Shown: positions 19,694 to 29,815, numbered from the whole stretch's first letter. The stretch is DNA of 63,951 nt, filler included, from Acidimicrobiia bacterium (GCA_046759765.1; 6 parts of 6 records of this genome joined end to end with filler, not necessarily neighbours in it); one strand, 5' to 3'. Translations and numbers: made by a program. The notes: generated by a model from the letters alone, not told the origin.

Positions 19694-20707
19694 ATGCAGG
19701 TCCGCGACTATGTCCTGAGGCGACTGATCTCCCTACCGCTGCTCATCATCGGGACCTCGATCGTGGTATTTGCGCTGACGAGGGTGGGCGGCTCACCGAT
19801 CGGGATCTACCTGTCCCACGAGATGACCCCTGACGAGGTGGCCGAACTCGAGGCACGGTTTCATCTCGACGAGCCGCTACCGGTCCAGTACTTCTACTGG
19901 GCCTCAGGCGTTCTGAGGGGTGACCTCGGCTGGTCGGGAGTAGCGGCGGCGCCGGTCACGGAGGTCTTTCCGGACAAGCTGGCAGCCACGATGGAGCTGG
20001 CGGTGGCCGCCGGACTGGTTGCCGTCGTCCTGGGAGTCGTGCTCGGCACCTATGCAGGCGCTCGACGGAACCGCCTGCCGGACCACGTAACGCGAGTCGT
20101 CTCCATCAGTGGCGCGAGCATGCCGCTCTTCTGGTTCGCCATTCTCCTGTTGATCGTTTTCTGGGTTTATCTGGGTTGGTTCCCGATCGGAAGGAGCGAC
20201 CCGGACGTCTGGGCTTCGATTGCCCATCCCACCGGCCTGTACACCGTGGACTCAATCCTGGCCGGGAGTTTCGACGCTTTCAAAGACGCGCTCTGGCACC
20301 TGGTGCTGCCGGCATTTGCTCTCGGCTACGGAGCCACCGCCATCATCGCCCGGATGTTGCGATCGTCCCTCGTGGAAGAGATGCAAGAGGACTACGTCGA
20401 CTCGGCCCGTGCCAAAGGACTGCCCGAGCGACTGGTGCTGAGACGGCATGCGAGGCGCAACGCGCTCATCCCGACCGTTACGGTCATTGGGCTCACCTTT
20501 GGATTCCTGCTTCAGGGCACGGTGGTCGCCGAGATCATCTTCCGCTGGCCGGGCTTGGGCCGATGGATGGCCGACTCCGTTCTGCGGGGGGACCAAGCAA
20601 CGATCATGACCTACGTGATGTTTACGAGCGTCTTGTTCTTGGTCGTCAACCTCGTGGTGGACGTCATTTACGCCTATCTAGACCGGCGCGTCGAGCTGGG
20701 GGTCTGA
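19694..20707 (+). CDS. dppB: Dpp/Opp ABC permease (DppB-like)
   Basis: LDEPLPVQY, GDLGWS, EAA loop DYVDSARAKGLPERLVLRRHARRNAL, WPGLG. Confidence 0.92.
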   Translation: MQVRDYVLRRLISLPLLIIGTSIVVFALTRVGGSPIGIYLSHEMTPDEVAELEARFHLDEPLPVQYFYWASGVLRGDLGWSGVAAAPVTEVFPDKLAATMELAVAAGLVAVVLGVVLGTYAGARRNRLPDHVTRVVSISGASMPLFWFAILLLIVFWVYLGWFPIGRSDPDVWASIAHPTGLYTVDSILAGSFDAFKDALWHLVLPAFALGYGATAIIARMLRSSLVEEMQEDYVDSARAKGLPERLVLRRHARRNALIPTVTVIGLTFGFLLQGTVVAEIIFRWPGLGRWMADSVLRGDQATIMTYVMFTSVLFLVVNLVVDVIYAYLDRRVELGV

Positions 20708-21636
20708 TGGTCGAAGCAGCCGAGCAGCGTCCTGCGATAGCGCCGCCATCGGAGAGCGCATGGAAGGTGCGCACGCAGCGGCTCTGGGAGCTGACGTCCG
20801 GCGCGCTCTCCAACCCGACCACCGTCGCGGGTTTCCTCATCGTGACGCTGATGATCGCGATGGCCGTTTTCGCTCCCCTTCTCACGGAGCCCAATGTCCC
20901 TGATCCATACCAGATGCCTCGTGACTGGGAGATGCCCCGGGCCCCGCCCGGCACACCTGGCCACCCTTTGGGCACCACCAACAACGGCGGAGACGTGCTC
21001 TACGGCGTCATCTGGGGAGCGAGAACGTCCCTGCGTCTGTCGCTCATCGTGGTCGGACTCACGGTGGCGATTGGTGTGACGGTCGGCAGCATCGCCGGCT
21101 ACCGAGGGGGACGAATCGATGAGTTCTTGATGCGCATAGTCGATGTGTTCCTGTCGATACCGGAGCTGATATTCGCCCTGGCCATCGCCGCGGTCCTCGG
21201 TCCTTCCTTCCGCAACATCGTCCTCGCACTCGCCATCGTCTTCTGGGTCAAGTACGCGCGTATTACTCGCGCTCAGATCATCCGTGTGAAACAGAACGAA
21301 TACGTCGATGCAGCGCGCGCAATCGGCGACTCGGAGCTACGCATTTACATGAAGGACGTGCTACCCAACTCGGTCACACCCGTTGTCGTACAGGCCACGT
21401 TGGACATGGGCAATATCGTGTTGATCGGGGCGACTCTCGCCTTCATCGGCCTATCCGAAGCGGGTATCGCCGAATGGGGAGTGCTCGTATCGGAGGGTCA
21501 AGCCGGAATCTCGTCGGGTCGATGGTGGGCATCGACCTTCCCCGGTTTGATGGTTTTCCTGTGGGCCTTGGCGTTCAATCTCCTCGGAGACGGTCTCCGT
21601 GACGTCTTGGATCCTCGCACCGAGATGGCACGGTGA
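20707..21636 (+). CDS. dppC: Dpp/Opp ABC permease (DppC-like)
   Basis: HPLGTTNNGGDV, GARTSL, EYVDAARAIG, FNLLGDGLRDVLDPR; ATG overlaps dppB stop. Confidence 0.92.
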   Translation: MVEAAEQRPAIAPPSESAWKVRTQRLWELTSGALSNPTTVAGFLIVTLMIAMAVFAPLLTEPNVPDPYQMPRDWEMPRAPPGTPGHPLGTTNNGGDVLYGVIWGARTSLRLSLIVVGLTVAIGVTVGSIAGYRGGRIDEFLMRIVDVFLSIPELIFALAIAAVLGPSFRNIVLALAIVFWVKYARITRAQIIRVKQNEYVDAARAIGDSELRIYMKDVLPNSVTPVVVQATLDMGNIVLIGATLAFIGLSEAGIAEWGVLVSEGQAGISSGRWWASTFPGLMVFLWALAFNLLGDGLRDVLDPRTEMAR

Positions 21637-22964
21637 CCCTGACCAACACGGGAGCGGCGACCACCGAAACTCGGCCCCCGGCCGCTATCGCCTCCGTCGA
21701 CGGTCTGAAGGTGCACTTTGAGTCCAAGCGAGGCATCGTGTACGCGGTCGATGGTGTTTCGTTCGACATTCTTGACGGCGAGACGGTCGGCCTGGTCGGT
21801 GAGACGGGCTGTGGCAAGACGGTCACGGCCAGATCTTTTCTCCGGCTCGTGCCGATGCCGCCCGGTATTCAGGTCGGCGGCTCGATCTTCTTCAGGCCGC
21901 GCCGGCCATGCGACCAGTGCGACGGAAGTGGTTGCGAGCACTGCGACCAGAGCGGCAGACTTCCGGCGACCTGTCCGCACTGCAACGGCGAGGGGTGCGG
22001 AAATTGCGATGGCACCGGGATCGAGAGCATCGATCTCTTGACTATCTCTGAATCGCGGATGAGAGAGATCCGCGGAGATCGCATCGCCATGATCTTTCAG
22101 GATCCCGGCAAAGCGTTGAATCCGGCTCTGACAGTCAGAGACCAGATTGCAGAGGTCCTCTATCACCATCGCTCAGGCGACCTCCTCGAGGCATCGGGGA
22201 TCGGTGCAGAAGAGTCAGGCCTCGAAATGGCTCTTCTCCGGCGGCGAGCCACCCAGCGCGACCGGCGCCTCGAACGTTTGCTCATGTCGCTACCGCCCAT
22301 TCGGTCCCGCCGTGACCGGCTGACTCGAGCTACGGACACGATGATCGCAGCTTCTCTGGCAGAGACGCAGATCCCTAACCCGGCCAAGATCATGCAGCGC
22401 TACCCCCATGAGCTGTCCGGGGGAATGAAACAGCGAGTCATGATCGCTCAGGCCCTCGCCTGTGATCCCGACCTCCTCATTGCCGACGAACCCACCACCG
22501 CCCTCGACGTGACCGTGCAGGCTCGGATCCTGGAGTTGGTCAAGGGACTACAGGAGCGACACCGGACCGCGGTCCTGTACATCAGCCATGACCTCTCCGT
22601 CGTAAGACAGGTGAGCGATCGCGTGGCGGTCATGTACGCAGGGCGAATCGTCGAAGTGGGACTGACCGGGGACATCTTCCGGCAGCCACTGCACCCCTAT
22701 ACGCAGGGACTGCTGACCGCAGTCCCTTCCCGGGTTCACGAGCGGGGTCGGCTGACAGCTATCGAGGGAACGGTGCCCGAGCTCGTGGAGCCACCCCCGT
22801 CTTGCCGTTTCACGGGTCGGTGTCCCTACGAGGCTGAGGTGTGTGGTAGCTCCGATCCGGATCTCCGGACGGCCGCCGAAAGGCATACGGTGGCGTGCTT
22901 CATATACCACCCACCGCCCAGTTCCGGCCATCGCCGGCCTTCCTTTGCCGAAAGGACGCGATGA
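21633..22964 (+). CDS. dppD: Dpp/Opp ABC ATPase (DppD-like) with Cys-rich insertion
   Basis: [39 protein letters not shown]-terminal CRF..RCP...C...C; insert of four CxxCxxxG at 21909-22019. Confidence 0.92.
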   Translation: MTLTNTGAATTETRPPAAIASVDGLKVHFESKRGIVYAVDGVSFDILDGETVGLVGETGCGKTVTARSFLRLVPMPPGIQVGGSIFFRPRRPCDQCDGSGCEHCDQSGRLPATCPHCNGEGCGNCDGTGIESIDLLTISESRMREIRGDRIAMIFQDPGKALNPALTVRDQIAEVLYHHRSGDLLEASGIGAEESGLEMALLRRRATQRDRRLERLLMSLPPIRSRRDRLTRATDTMIAASLAETQIPNPAKIMQRYPHELSGGMKQRVMIAQALACDPDLLIADEPTTALDVTVQARILELVKGLQERHRTAVLYISHDLSVVRQVSDRVAVMYAGRIVEVGLTGDIFRQPLHPYTQGLLTAVPSRVHERGRLTAIEGTVPELVEPPPSCRFTGRCPYEAEVCGSSDPDLRTAAERHTVACFIYHPPPSSGHRRPSFAERTR

Positions 22965-23964
22965 CCGCAACTACAGAGGCCGCCGATCGAGCCGAACCTG
23001 TGGCGGCAAACGAGTACGTCGTAGCAATCAACGGACTGGCGAAGCACTTTCCGATCCGGGAAGGAGCTCTCCAAAGGGTGGCAGGACAGGTTCGTGCCGT
23101 TGACGGCGTCAGCTTCGACATCAAGCGGGGCGAGACCGTGGGGCTGGTCGGGGAGAGTGGTTGTGGCAAGACGACGCTGGGACGCTGCGTCAGTGGCTTG
23201 ACTGAACCCACTGCCGGCGGTGTCTACTTCGACGTCTCGGCCCAGGAGCTCTCCCGGCTCGAGAACATCCTGGTCAGACCGGCTGAGGAGTGGACCGCGG
23301 ACATGAGAACGGATCTCGAGGAGTTCACTCGAAGCCATAGGGTCGACCGGCTCAAGGGGCCGGCGTGGCGCCGCTATCGGCGCAACTGTCAGATCGTGTT
23401 TCAGGACTCTTTCGCTTCTCTGAATCCCCGCCAGCTGGTCAAGAACATCGTGGGACGCCCGCTCCGAGTGCACAAGGAGGCTTCGGGTATTGAGCTAACT
23501 GAGCGCGTGGTGAGCCTGCTTGAGCAGGTAGGGCTCGGACGCCAGCATCTCTACCGTTACCCACATCAGTTCTCGGGTGGTCAAAGACAGAGAATCTCGA
23601 TCGCGCGGGCGTTAGCGCTCGATCCCGAGCTGGTGGTTCTGGACGAACCAACCAGCGCACTGGACGTGTCCGTGCAGGCGCAGATCCTCAACCTCCTCCA
23701 TGAACTTCAGCAGAGTCGAGGTCTCGCCTACCTATTCATCACCCACGATCTCCAGGTCGTTCGACACATGGCCGATCGGATCGTCGTCATGTACGTCGGC
23801 AAAGTGGTGGAAGCCGGCGATGCCGATGCTTTGTTCGAGCACCCCCGCCACCCGTATACGGACGCGCTGCTCGCTGCCAACCCCGACCTAGCGGAGGCAT
23901 CAGAAGCGGTGCCTAGGGCGCTGGAGGGGACGGTGCCTGACCCTGCTCGCCCGCCGCAGGGATG
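22961..23964 (+). CDS. dppF: Dpp/Opp ABC ATPase (DppF-like), 3'-truncated
   Basis: [36 protein letters not shown] overlaps dppD stop. Confidence 0.92.
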
Positions 23965-24064
23965 NNNNNNNNNNNNNNNNNNNNNNNNNNNNNNNNNNNN
24001 NNNNNNNNTTAATTAATTAANNNNNNNNNNNNNNNNNNNNNNNNNNNNNNNNNNNNNNNNNNNN
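23965..24064. other. Artificial contig linker
   Basis: N44-TTAATTAATTAA-N44. Confidence 0.99.
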
Positions 24065-25078
24065 GATCTGCGCCGAGCCGTTGCCCTGTCGGCTATCGCT
24101 CTCGGCGCCCTCGCCGCACCCATCGCTTGGTTGTTCTACACGGGCGACGAGCCACTGCTGGCGATTGGCTATGCGGCCGGCGCCGCCTTCCTCAACGGGT
24201 TGATCGGAGGACTAGTAGCGGTGGCTGCCTTGTCCTTCCTCGAGATCATCTTCGATGTCACGACAACCCTCCGGCTGCTGGACCTCACCGACCGGAACCA
24301 CCCGGCCCTGCAGCTCCTGGAGGAGAAAGCCCGCGGGACGTTCAACCACTCGCTCACGGTCGGAACCCTGGCGGACGGAGCTGCCCGTGCGATCGGAGCC
24401 GCCAACCTGCTGGCCCGCTCGGCGGCCTACTACCACGACCTCGGGAAGACCGAGAACCCGACCTTCTACATTGAGAACCAGTTTGGAGGCTTCAACCCGC
24501 ACAACCAGCTGCTTCCCGAAGAGTCGGCTGAGATCATCCGCCAGCACGTAATCGAGGGCGTCCGCCTCGCCAAGGAGTATCGAATTCCGACCGACGTGGC
24601 GGAGGGAATCCTCACCCACCACGGCGACGGGATCATGCGGTACTTCTATCACAAGGCGCTGGAGCGATATCCCGAAGCGCAGGTCGACGTGGAGGACTAC
24701 CGCCACATGGGGCACAAACCCCAGTCCAAGGAGATGGCGATCCTGATGTTGGCTGACTCGGTCGAGGGTGCCTGTCGGGCGGTCTTCGCCGAGAAGGATC
24801 CCTCGCCGGAGGCCATCGCCGATGTCGTCGAGCGGGTGACAGGAGAGAAGGTTTCGGACGGGCAGCTGTCGGAGAGCTCGCTGACGATGGGTGAGCTAAC
24901 CCGCGTCAAGGAATCCTTCATAGACTCCCTGATCGGCAACTATCACCAACGTATCCCATATCCGGAATTCCCTCGACTCGAGGAAGGAGTAGCAGGGGCG
25001 ATCGGTCCGGGCGCCTCCGTCGGAGGCGACACCGACGATGCTTCCGACTCATCGGTCCGATCCGCAGACGTAGAGTGA
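24065..25078 (+). CDS. Membrane HD(HDIG) phosphohydrolase, PgpH/YqfF-like, 5'-truncated
   Basis: TM helices then GTFNHS, YYHDLGK, FYIENQ, HHGDG, MLADSVEG, HQRIPYP; upstream of ybeY. Confidence 0.88.
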   Translation, partial: DLRRAVALSAIALGALAAPIAWLFYTGDEPLLAIGYAAGAAFLNGLIGGLVAVAALSFLEIIFDVTTTLRLLDLTDRNHPALQLLEEKARGTFNHSLTVGTLADGAARAIGAANLLARSAAYYHDLGKTENPTFYIENQFGGFNPHNQLLPEESAEIIRQHVIEGVRLAKEYRIPTDVAEGILTHHGDGIMRYFYHKALERYPEAQVDVEDYRHMGHKPQSKEMAILMLADSVEGACRAVFAEKDPSPEAIADVVERVTGEKVSDGQLSESSLTMGELTRVKESFIDSLIGNYHQRIPYPEFPRLEEGVAGAIGPGASVGGDTDDASDSSVRSADVE

Positions 25079-25539
25079 AGGACGTGAACGTCTACCTCGC
25101 TGACGAGCAAGACGAACCCTTAGGAACGAGCGCTCTGCGAAGACTCGCAGAGCAAGTATTAGAGGTGGAGCGGCTACCGGCCGGCACCGAAGTGTCCATC
25201 CTGTTTGTGACGCCTTCCCAGATCACCGAATACAACGAACGCTTCATGCAGCGGGAAGGACCGACGGACGTTCTTGCTTTCCCCCTCGAGGCTATGGAGC
25301 CGGGCTCGGTGCCGGAGCCTGTGACCAACGGACCGCCCCTGAACCTGGGCGATGTGGTTATTGCACCTGCCTATGTGCGAAGCCGGGCCGAGGAGGCCGG
25401 TGTGCGCTTCGAGGACGAAATGGCTGCTTTGGTTGTACACGGGCTGTTGCATCTCCTGGGGTATGACCATGCCGAAGACACAGACGCCGACTTGATGGAG
25501 CAGAGGGAAAGGGACTTGCTGGCCCTGGTGGCTTCGTGA
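25075..25539 (+). CDS. ybeY: rRNA maturation endoribonuclease YbeY
   Basis: PTDVLAFP, LGDVVI, HGLLHLLGYDH. Confidence 0.96.
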   Translation: MKDVNVYLADEQDEPLGTSALRRLAEQVLEVERLPAGTEVSILFVTPSQITEYNERFMQREGPTDVLAFPLEAMEPGSVPEPVTNGPPLNLGDVVIAPAYVRSRAEEAGVRFEDEMAALVVHGLLHLLGYDHAEDTDADLMEQRERDLLALVAS

Positions 25540-26723
25540 TCGCAGCTCTCATCCTGGCGGCCGTTCTGCTGATCCTGGCCGCGGCACTGCGTGCGGCCGG
25601 CGCCTCGCTGGTGCGAACGTCTCGAGCAGACGCTCTCCACGATTATGCGGAAGGGCAAGCGGCGGCCGGCATCGTGGCCGAGCTTCTCGAGGACCGAGCC
25701 CGCCTTCAGCCCTCTGTGGGAATGGTGCACTCGGCGTTGCTAGTGGCGGCGGCGGTGCCCGCGGCATGGGCACTTACCGTCCAACTATCGGGTTGGGCGC
25801 TGGTGGCAGCGTTGGTCGTCCTGGCCATCACTTTGGTGGCGGTCGGAGACGTGATACCGAGAACGGTCGGCAGACGACGGCCGCGGGACCTCGCCTATCG
25901 CTTCGCTCCTCTGCTGCGACGAGCTGACCGGCTGGGGGAGGCCGCCACGGACCTGATGATCGACGAGCCGGACGAGCCCGTCGAGCAGGTCTCCAACAAC
26001 AACCAGGAGCGGGAGCTGATCTCGTCCGTGTTGGAGTTCTCCGAAACTCTGGTCAGAGAGGTGATGGTGCCGAGGACCGATATGGTCGTCATCGATCGGT
26101 CGGCATCCACGGACGATGCCCTCGACCTCTTCATCGAACAGGGTTACTCCCGCATTCCCGTGGTGGCGGGCAACGGCGCCGAGGACGTGGTCGGCATCGT
26201 TTATGCCAAGGATCTCCTCCGCTTGATGGACGAGGGTGCGCCCGCCCGGCCGGTCCCGGAGCTCATGCGTGAGGCCTACTTCGTTCCGGAGAGCAAGCTG
26301 GTACCGGATCTCTTGGGCGACATGCAGGCATCCAAGGTGCATATCGCCGTAGTCGTGGACGAGTTCGGAGGAGTGGCCGGTCTGGTGACGATCGAAGACC
26401 TGCTCGAAGAGCTGGTCGGAGAGATCACCGACGAGTACGACAGCGAAGCGCCCTACGTCGTGGAGCTTCCGGAGGGTGGATTCTTGGTCGATGCCCGCCT
26501 GCCGGTGGACGACCTCAACGACCTCCTGGGCGTGGAGCTGCCGCAGCACGAGTGGGACACAGTTGGAGGTCTGGTCCTGGAGCTGGCCGGGAGAGTGCCC
26601 CGTGAAGGAGAGCAGTTCGAAGCCGACGGCGTTCTGCTGATAGCCGACCGCGTACAGGGCCGCAGGGTCTCGCAGGTGCGTGCGGTCACGAAGGGGCTCC
26701 CGGGAGCCGCGGCCGGCGCGTGA
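25536..26723 (+). CDS. Hemolysin/CorC-family protein (DUF21-CBS-CorC)
   Basis: TM N-terminus, VREVMVPRTDM, YSRIPV, VVDEFGGVAGLVTIEDLLEELVGEI. Confidence 0.92.
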   Translation: MIAALILAAVLLILAAALRAAGASLVRTSRADALHDYAEGQAAAGIVAELLEDRARLQPSVGMVHSALLVAAAVPAAWALTVQLSGWALVAALVVLAITLVAVGDVIPRTVGRRRPRDLAYRFAPLLRRADRLGEAATDLMIDEPDEPVEQVSNNNQERELISSVLEFSETLVREVMVPRTDMVVIDRSASTDDALDLFIEQGYSRIPVVAGNGAEDVVGIVYAKDLLRLMDEGAPARPVPELMREAYFVPESKLVPDLLGDMQASKVHIAVVVDEFGGVAGLVTIEDLLEELVGEITDEYDSEAPYVVELPEGGFLVDARLPVDDLNDLLGVELPQHEWDTVGGLVLELAGRVPREGEQFEADGVLLIADRVQGRRVSQVRAVTKGLPGAAAGA

Positions 26724-27610
26724 AGTCCGGCTTCGTAGCCGTCGTCGGACGGCCCAACGTCGGGAAATCCACCCTCGTCAACAGCCTGGTCGGAAGCAAG
26801 GTCGCCATCACCTCGGCCAGACCGCAGACGACCCGTAACACCATCCGGGGGATCGTCACCCTGCCGCCGGACGGAACTCCGGAGTACCAAGTCGTCCTGG
26901 TGGATACTCCCGGGCTCCACAAGCCGCGCAACGTGCTCGGCGAGCGCCTCAACGCCCTCGTCTATGGGACGCTGGCTGATGCCGACGCAGTCGTCTTCAT
27001 CGTGGACGCCACTGCCAGGATCGGTCCCGGCGACCGGCTGATCGCCGAGCGGCTTCGTGACGCCGACGCCGCCACCATTGTGGCGGTGAACAAGGTGGAC
27101 GCCGCTTCTCGGGAGCAGGTCGCCGACCAACTGGCGGAGGCGGGGGATTGGGACTTCGATTCCTATGTTGCGATATCCGCCTTGGACGGAGCCGGTCTCG
27201 ACGTACTGATGGAGGAAGTGACGGCGAGGCTGCCCGAAGGCCCGCTCTACTTCCCGCCGGAAGAAACCACCGACCAACCTGACGAGCTGATGGCGGCCGA
27301 GGTCGTGCGGGAGAAGTACCTCGATCGGCTGCGGGACGAGCTGCCCCACTCGCTGGCGGTCGTCACTCGGGAGATGGCTATGCGACCGACGGGCACTCTC
27401 TACATCGAGGCGGCAGTGATCGTGGAGAGGTCGTCGCAGAAGGGGATCGTGATCGGCCACCGCGGCGAGATGCTGGCTCAGGTGGGCAAGGAGGCAAGGC
27501 AGGAGCTGGAGTCGATCTTCGGTGCTCCCGTCTACCTTGACTTGCGGGTGAAGGTCGAGAAGGAGTGGCAGCGGAGGGAAGAGCTCCTCGACCGAGTTCT
27601 CGAAATCTGA
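26720..27610 (+). CDS. era: GTPase Era
   Basis: GRPNVGKS, PQTTR, DTPG, NKVD, KH domain SQKGIVIG. Confidence 0.97.
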   Translation: MKSGFVAVVGRPNVGKSTLVNSLVGSKVAITSARPQTTRNTIRGIVTLPPDGTPEYQVVLVDTPGLHKPRNVLGERLNALVYGTLADADAVVFIVDATARIGPGDRLIAERLRDADAATIVAVNKVDAASREQVADQLAEAGDWDFDSYVAISALDGAGLDVLMEEVTARLPEGPLYFPPEETTDQPDELMAAEVVREKYLDRLRDELPHSLAVVTREMAMRPTGTLYIEAAVIVERSSQKGIVIGHRGEMLAQVGKEARQELESIFGAPVYLDLRVKVEKEWQRREELLDRVLEI

Positions 27611-27657
27611 CCATCACTGGCGGCCGGGTGGGGCACCTCGGGTCGCGTAGGCTCGGC

Positions 27658-28287
27658 ATGGTGGGGATCGAGCAGCGGGCGCGACGAGTCGCCGACCTGG
27701 CGGCGGCGGGAGACCTCGCAGAGGCATGTTTCGAGCTGGCAGGCTTCGAGTATCCCGATCTCGACGCCTCCCGATATCGGGTTCGCCTGGATGAGCTGGG
27801 GGCCCTCGTTGACGGTTCCGACTACTCGGCCCTGCGGCGTGTCATTGCTATCCAAGAGGGCTACGGCGGCACCCTCGAGAACTATCACGATCCGGCCAAC
27901 TCATATCTTCACGAGGTCCTGGACCGGAGGACGGGGCTTCCCATCACCCTGGCGACGATCTGGATCGAGGTCGGCCAAAGAGCAGCGCTGGATGTGCAGG
28001 GAGTCGGGCTGCCGGGACACTTCCTGATATACGCCCAGGGTCAGCTGATCGACCCCTTCCACGGCGGGGAACCGATCGGATCGGACGAAGCGGCAGCTCT
28101 GGTCGCCGAGGCGCTGGGCGGTCCCCGGCGCTTGAATCCGGACTGGTTGGAACCGGTCACTGAAGCCGAGATCGTCGAACGGATGCTCCGCAACCTCCAC
28201 CAGGCGTACTCGCTGGCTGAAGACGAGCCGCCGCGGCCGTGGATCGACGCCTGCTTCGAGGCCCTGGGCGTCGGTTCGGGCGTGTAG
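27658..28287 (+). CDS. SirB1-like transglutaminase-core protein
   Basis: YHDPANSYLHEVLDRRTGLPITL, GVGLPGHFL, IDPFHGG, RMLRNL. Confidence 0.85.
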   Translation: MVGIEQRARRVADLAAAGDLAEACFELAGFEYPDLDASRYRVRLDELGALVDGSDYSALRRVIAIQEGYGGTLENYHDPANSYLHEVLDRRTGLPITLATIWIEVGQRAALDVQGVGLPGHFLIYAQGQLIDPFHGGEPIGSDEAAALVAEALGGPRRLNPDWLEPVTEAEIVERMLRNLHQAYSLAEDEPPRPWIDACFEALGVGSGV

Positions 28288-28292
28288 CGGTT

Positions 28293-29360
28293 GTGCTGCT
28301 CAACCTCGCCGACTACGAGGAAGCCGCGCGGGCCAACCTGACGGAGATGGCTTACGACTACTACGCCGGAGGCAGCGACGACGAGGTGGCCCTGCGACGC
28401 AACCGGGAAGCGCTCCAGGAGCTGAGCCTGCTGCCTCGAGTTCTGGTGGACGTGTCCAAGATCGACACTGCTACGACGGTGTTGGGCGCCCCCGTGGCGA
28501 TGCCGGTGCTGCTGGCGCCGGTGTCAGCCCAGCGGTTGGCTCACCCCGAAGGTGAGCTGGCGACAGTACGGGCGGCCGGGTCGGCAGGGACAGTCATGAT
28601 CCTGTCGACGCTGGCGACCGTGGCGGTGGAGGAGGTGGTCGCGGCCGCGTCAGGACCGGTGTGGTTCCAGCTCTATGTCTATCGAGACCGGCAGGTCACG
28701 GCCGACCTCGTGGGGCGAGCGCAAGCCGCCGGGTGTCAGGCGCTGGTGGTGACCGTGGATGCTCCGTGGCTGGGGAACCGTGAGCGGGACATCAGGAACT
28801 CGTATCACTTTCCTAAGGGGATACGGTTCGAGAACCTGCTCCCTGCCGGCTGGTCAGAGATGCCCGAGGTGGAGGGCTCTTCAGGCCTGGCAGTACACAT
28901 CGAGACGCTGCTAGATCCCGCCCTGACCTGGGATGACCTGGCATGGCTCAAGGGCCTCACCGATCTGCCCCTGGTCGTTAAAGGCATCATGCGAGCAGAT
29001 GACGCCGCCCGAGCCGTGGAGGCCGGCGTCGACGCGATTGTCGTTTCGAACCATGGTGGCCGCCAGCTGGATGCGGCGGCGGCGACGATTTCTGCGTTGC
29101 CGGCCGTATTCGAAGCTGTTGAAGGACAGTGCGAGGTGCTGGTGGATGGGGGCGTTCGCCGGGGAACCGACGTCGTCAAGGCTCTGGCCCTGGGCGCGCA
29201 GGCGGTCCTGATCGGAAGACCGATCCTCTGGGGCCTGGCCGCCGACCCCGAGACCGGGCTCTCGGACCTGCTGGAGCTCTTGCGGCGCGAGGTCGAGCTG
29301 GCGATGGCGCTCTGCGGCTGCCGCAACGTGGGCGAGATCGGGCCCGACCTGATCGGCTGA
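28293..29360 (+). CDS. FMN-dependent alpha-hydroxy acid oxidase
   Basis: YDYYAGG, WFQLY, TVDAP..GNRERD, VVKGI, VSNHGGRQLD, DGGVRRGTD. Confidence 0.93.
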   Translation: MLLNLADYEEAARANLTEMAYDYYAGGSDDEVALRRNREALQELSLLPRVLVDVSKIDTATTVLGAPVAMPVLLAPVSAQRLAHPEGELATVRAAGSAGTVMILSTLATVAVEEVVAAASGPVWFQLYVYRDRQVTADLVGRAQAAGCQALVVTVDAPWLGNRERDIRNSYHFPKGIRFENLLPAGWSEMPEVEGSSGLAVHIETLLDPALTWDDLAWLKGLTDLPLVVKGIMRADDAARAVEAGVDAIVVSNHGGRQLDAAAATISALPAVFEAVEGQCEVLVDGGVRRGTDVVKALALGAQAVLIGRPILWGLAADPETGLSDLLELLRREVELAMALCGCRNVGEIGPDLIG

Positions 29361-29423
29361 CTCGGTTTCGCGTCAATGCACGCGTCGCTTTCCGACGCGG
29401 CGATTGACAGGAACGCGGGCGGG

Positions 29424-29702
29424 TTAGACCAGGCTGTTGATCTTGGCCGCCAGGTCGGTGTCCTTGTGAGTCAGCCCGTCGGCGTGGTGCGTGGTCAGGA
29501 CCAGCTTCACCCTGTTCCAGCGGATATCGATGTCGGGGTGGTGGTCGGCGGTCTCGGATAGCAGCGCGACCTGAGTGACGAAGGCCATCGCTTGGGAGAA
29601 ATCCTTCAGCTTGAAGGTGCGGCTGATGGTTTCGCCTTCGAGTTCCCAGTCCGGATAAGAGGCGAGGAACTCGGCCCGGGCTTGACTGTCGAGTAGGTCC
29701 AT
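29424..29702 (-). CDS. Pterin-4-alpha-carbinolamine dehydratase
   Basis: RTFKLKDF, DHHPDIDIRWNRV, TTHHADGLTHKDTDLA. Confidence 0.92.
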   Translation of the reverse strand: MDLLDSQARAEFLASYPDWELEGETISRTFKLKDFSQAMAFVTQVALLSETADHHPDIDIRWNRVKLVLTTHHADGLTHKDTDLAAKINSLV

Positions 29703-29761
29703 AGGGGGAGTATCGAGTGGCCGGCTGGAGCAAGCAAATGGTGATCTGCGCCCTATCGGCA

Positions 29762-29796
29762 TTGATAGCTGATTGCTGACGGCTGGCGACTGGTTC
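29762..29796. repeat. Degenerate heptamer tandem repeat (CTGAnnG)
   Basis: TTGATAG CTGATTG CTGACGG CTGGCGA CTGGTTC. Confidence 0.55.
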
Positions 29797-29815
29797 TCAG
29801 TACCATCCCTTTTCT

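Noticed and set aside
21909..22019. Cys repeats as a separate dnaJ fragment or intein
   Set aside because: In frame within DppD; no J-domain HPD, no intein terminal motifs. Kept as an insertion finding instead.
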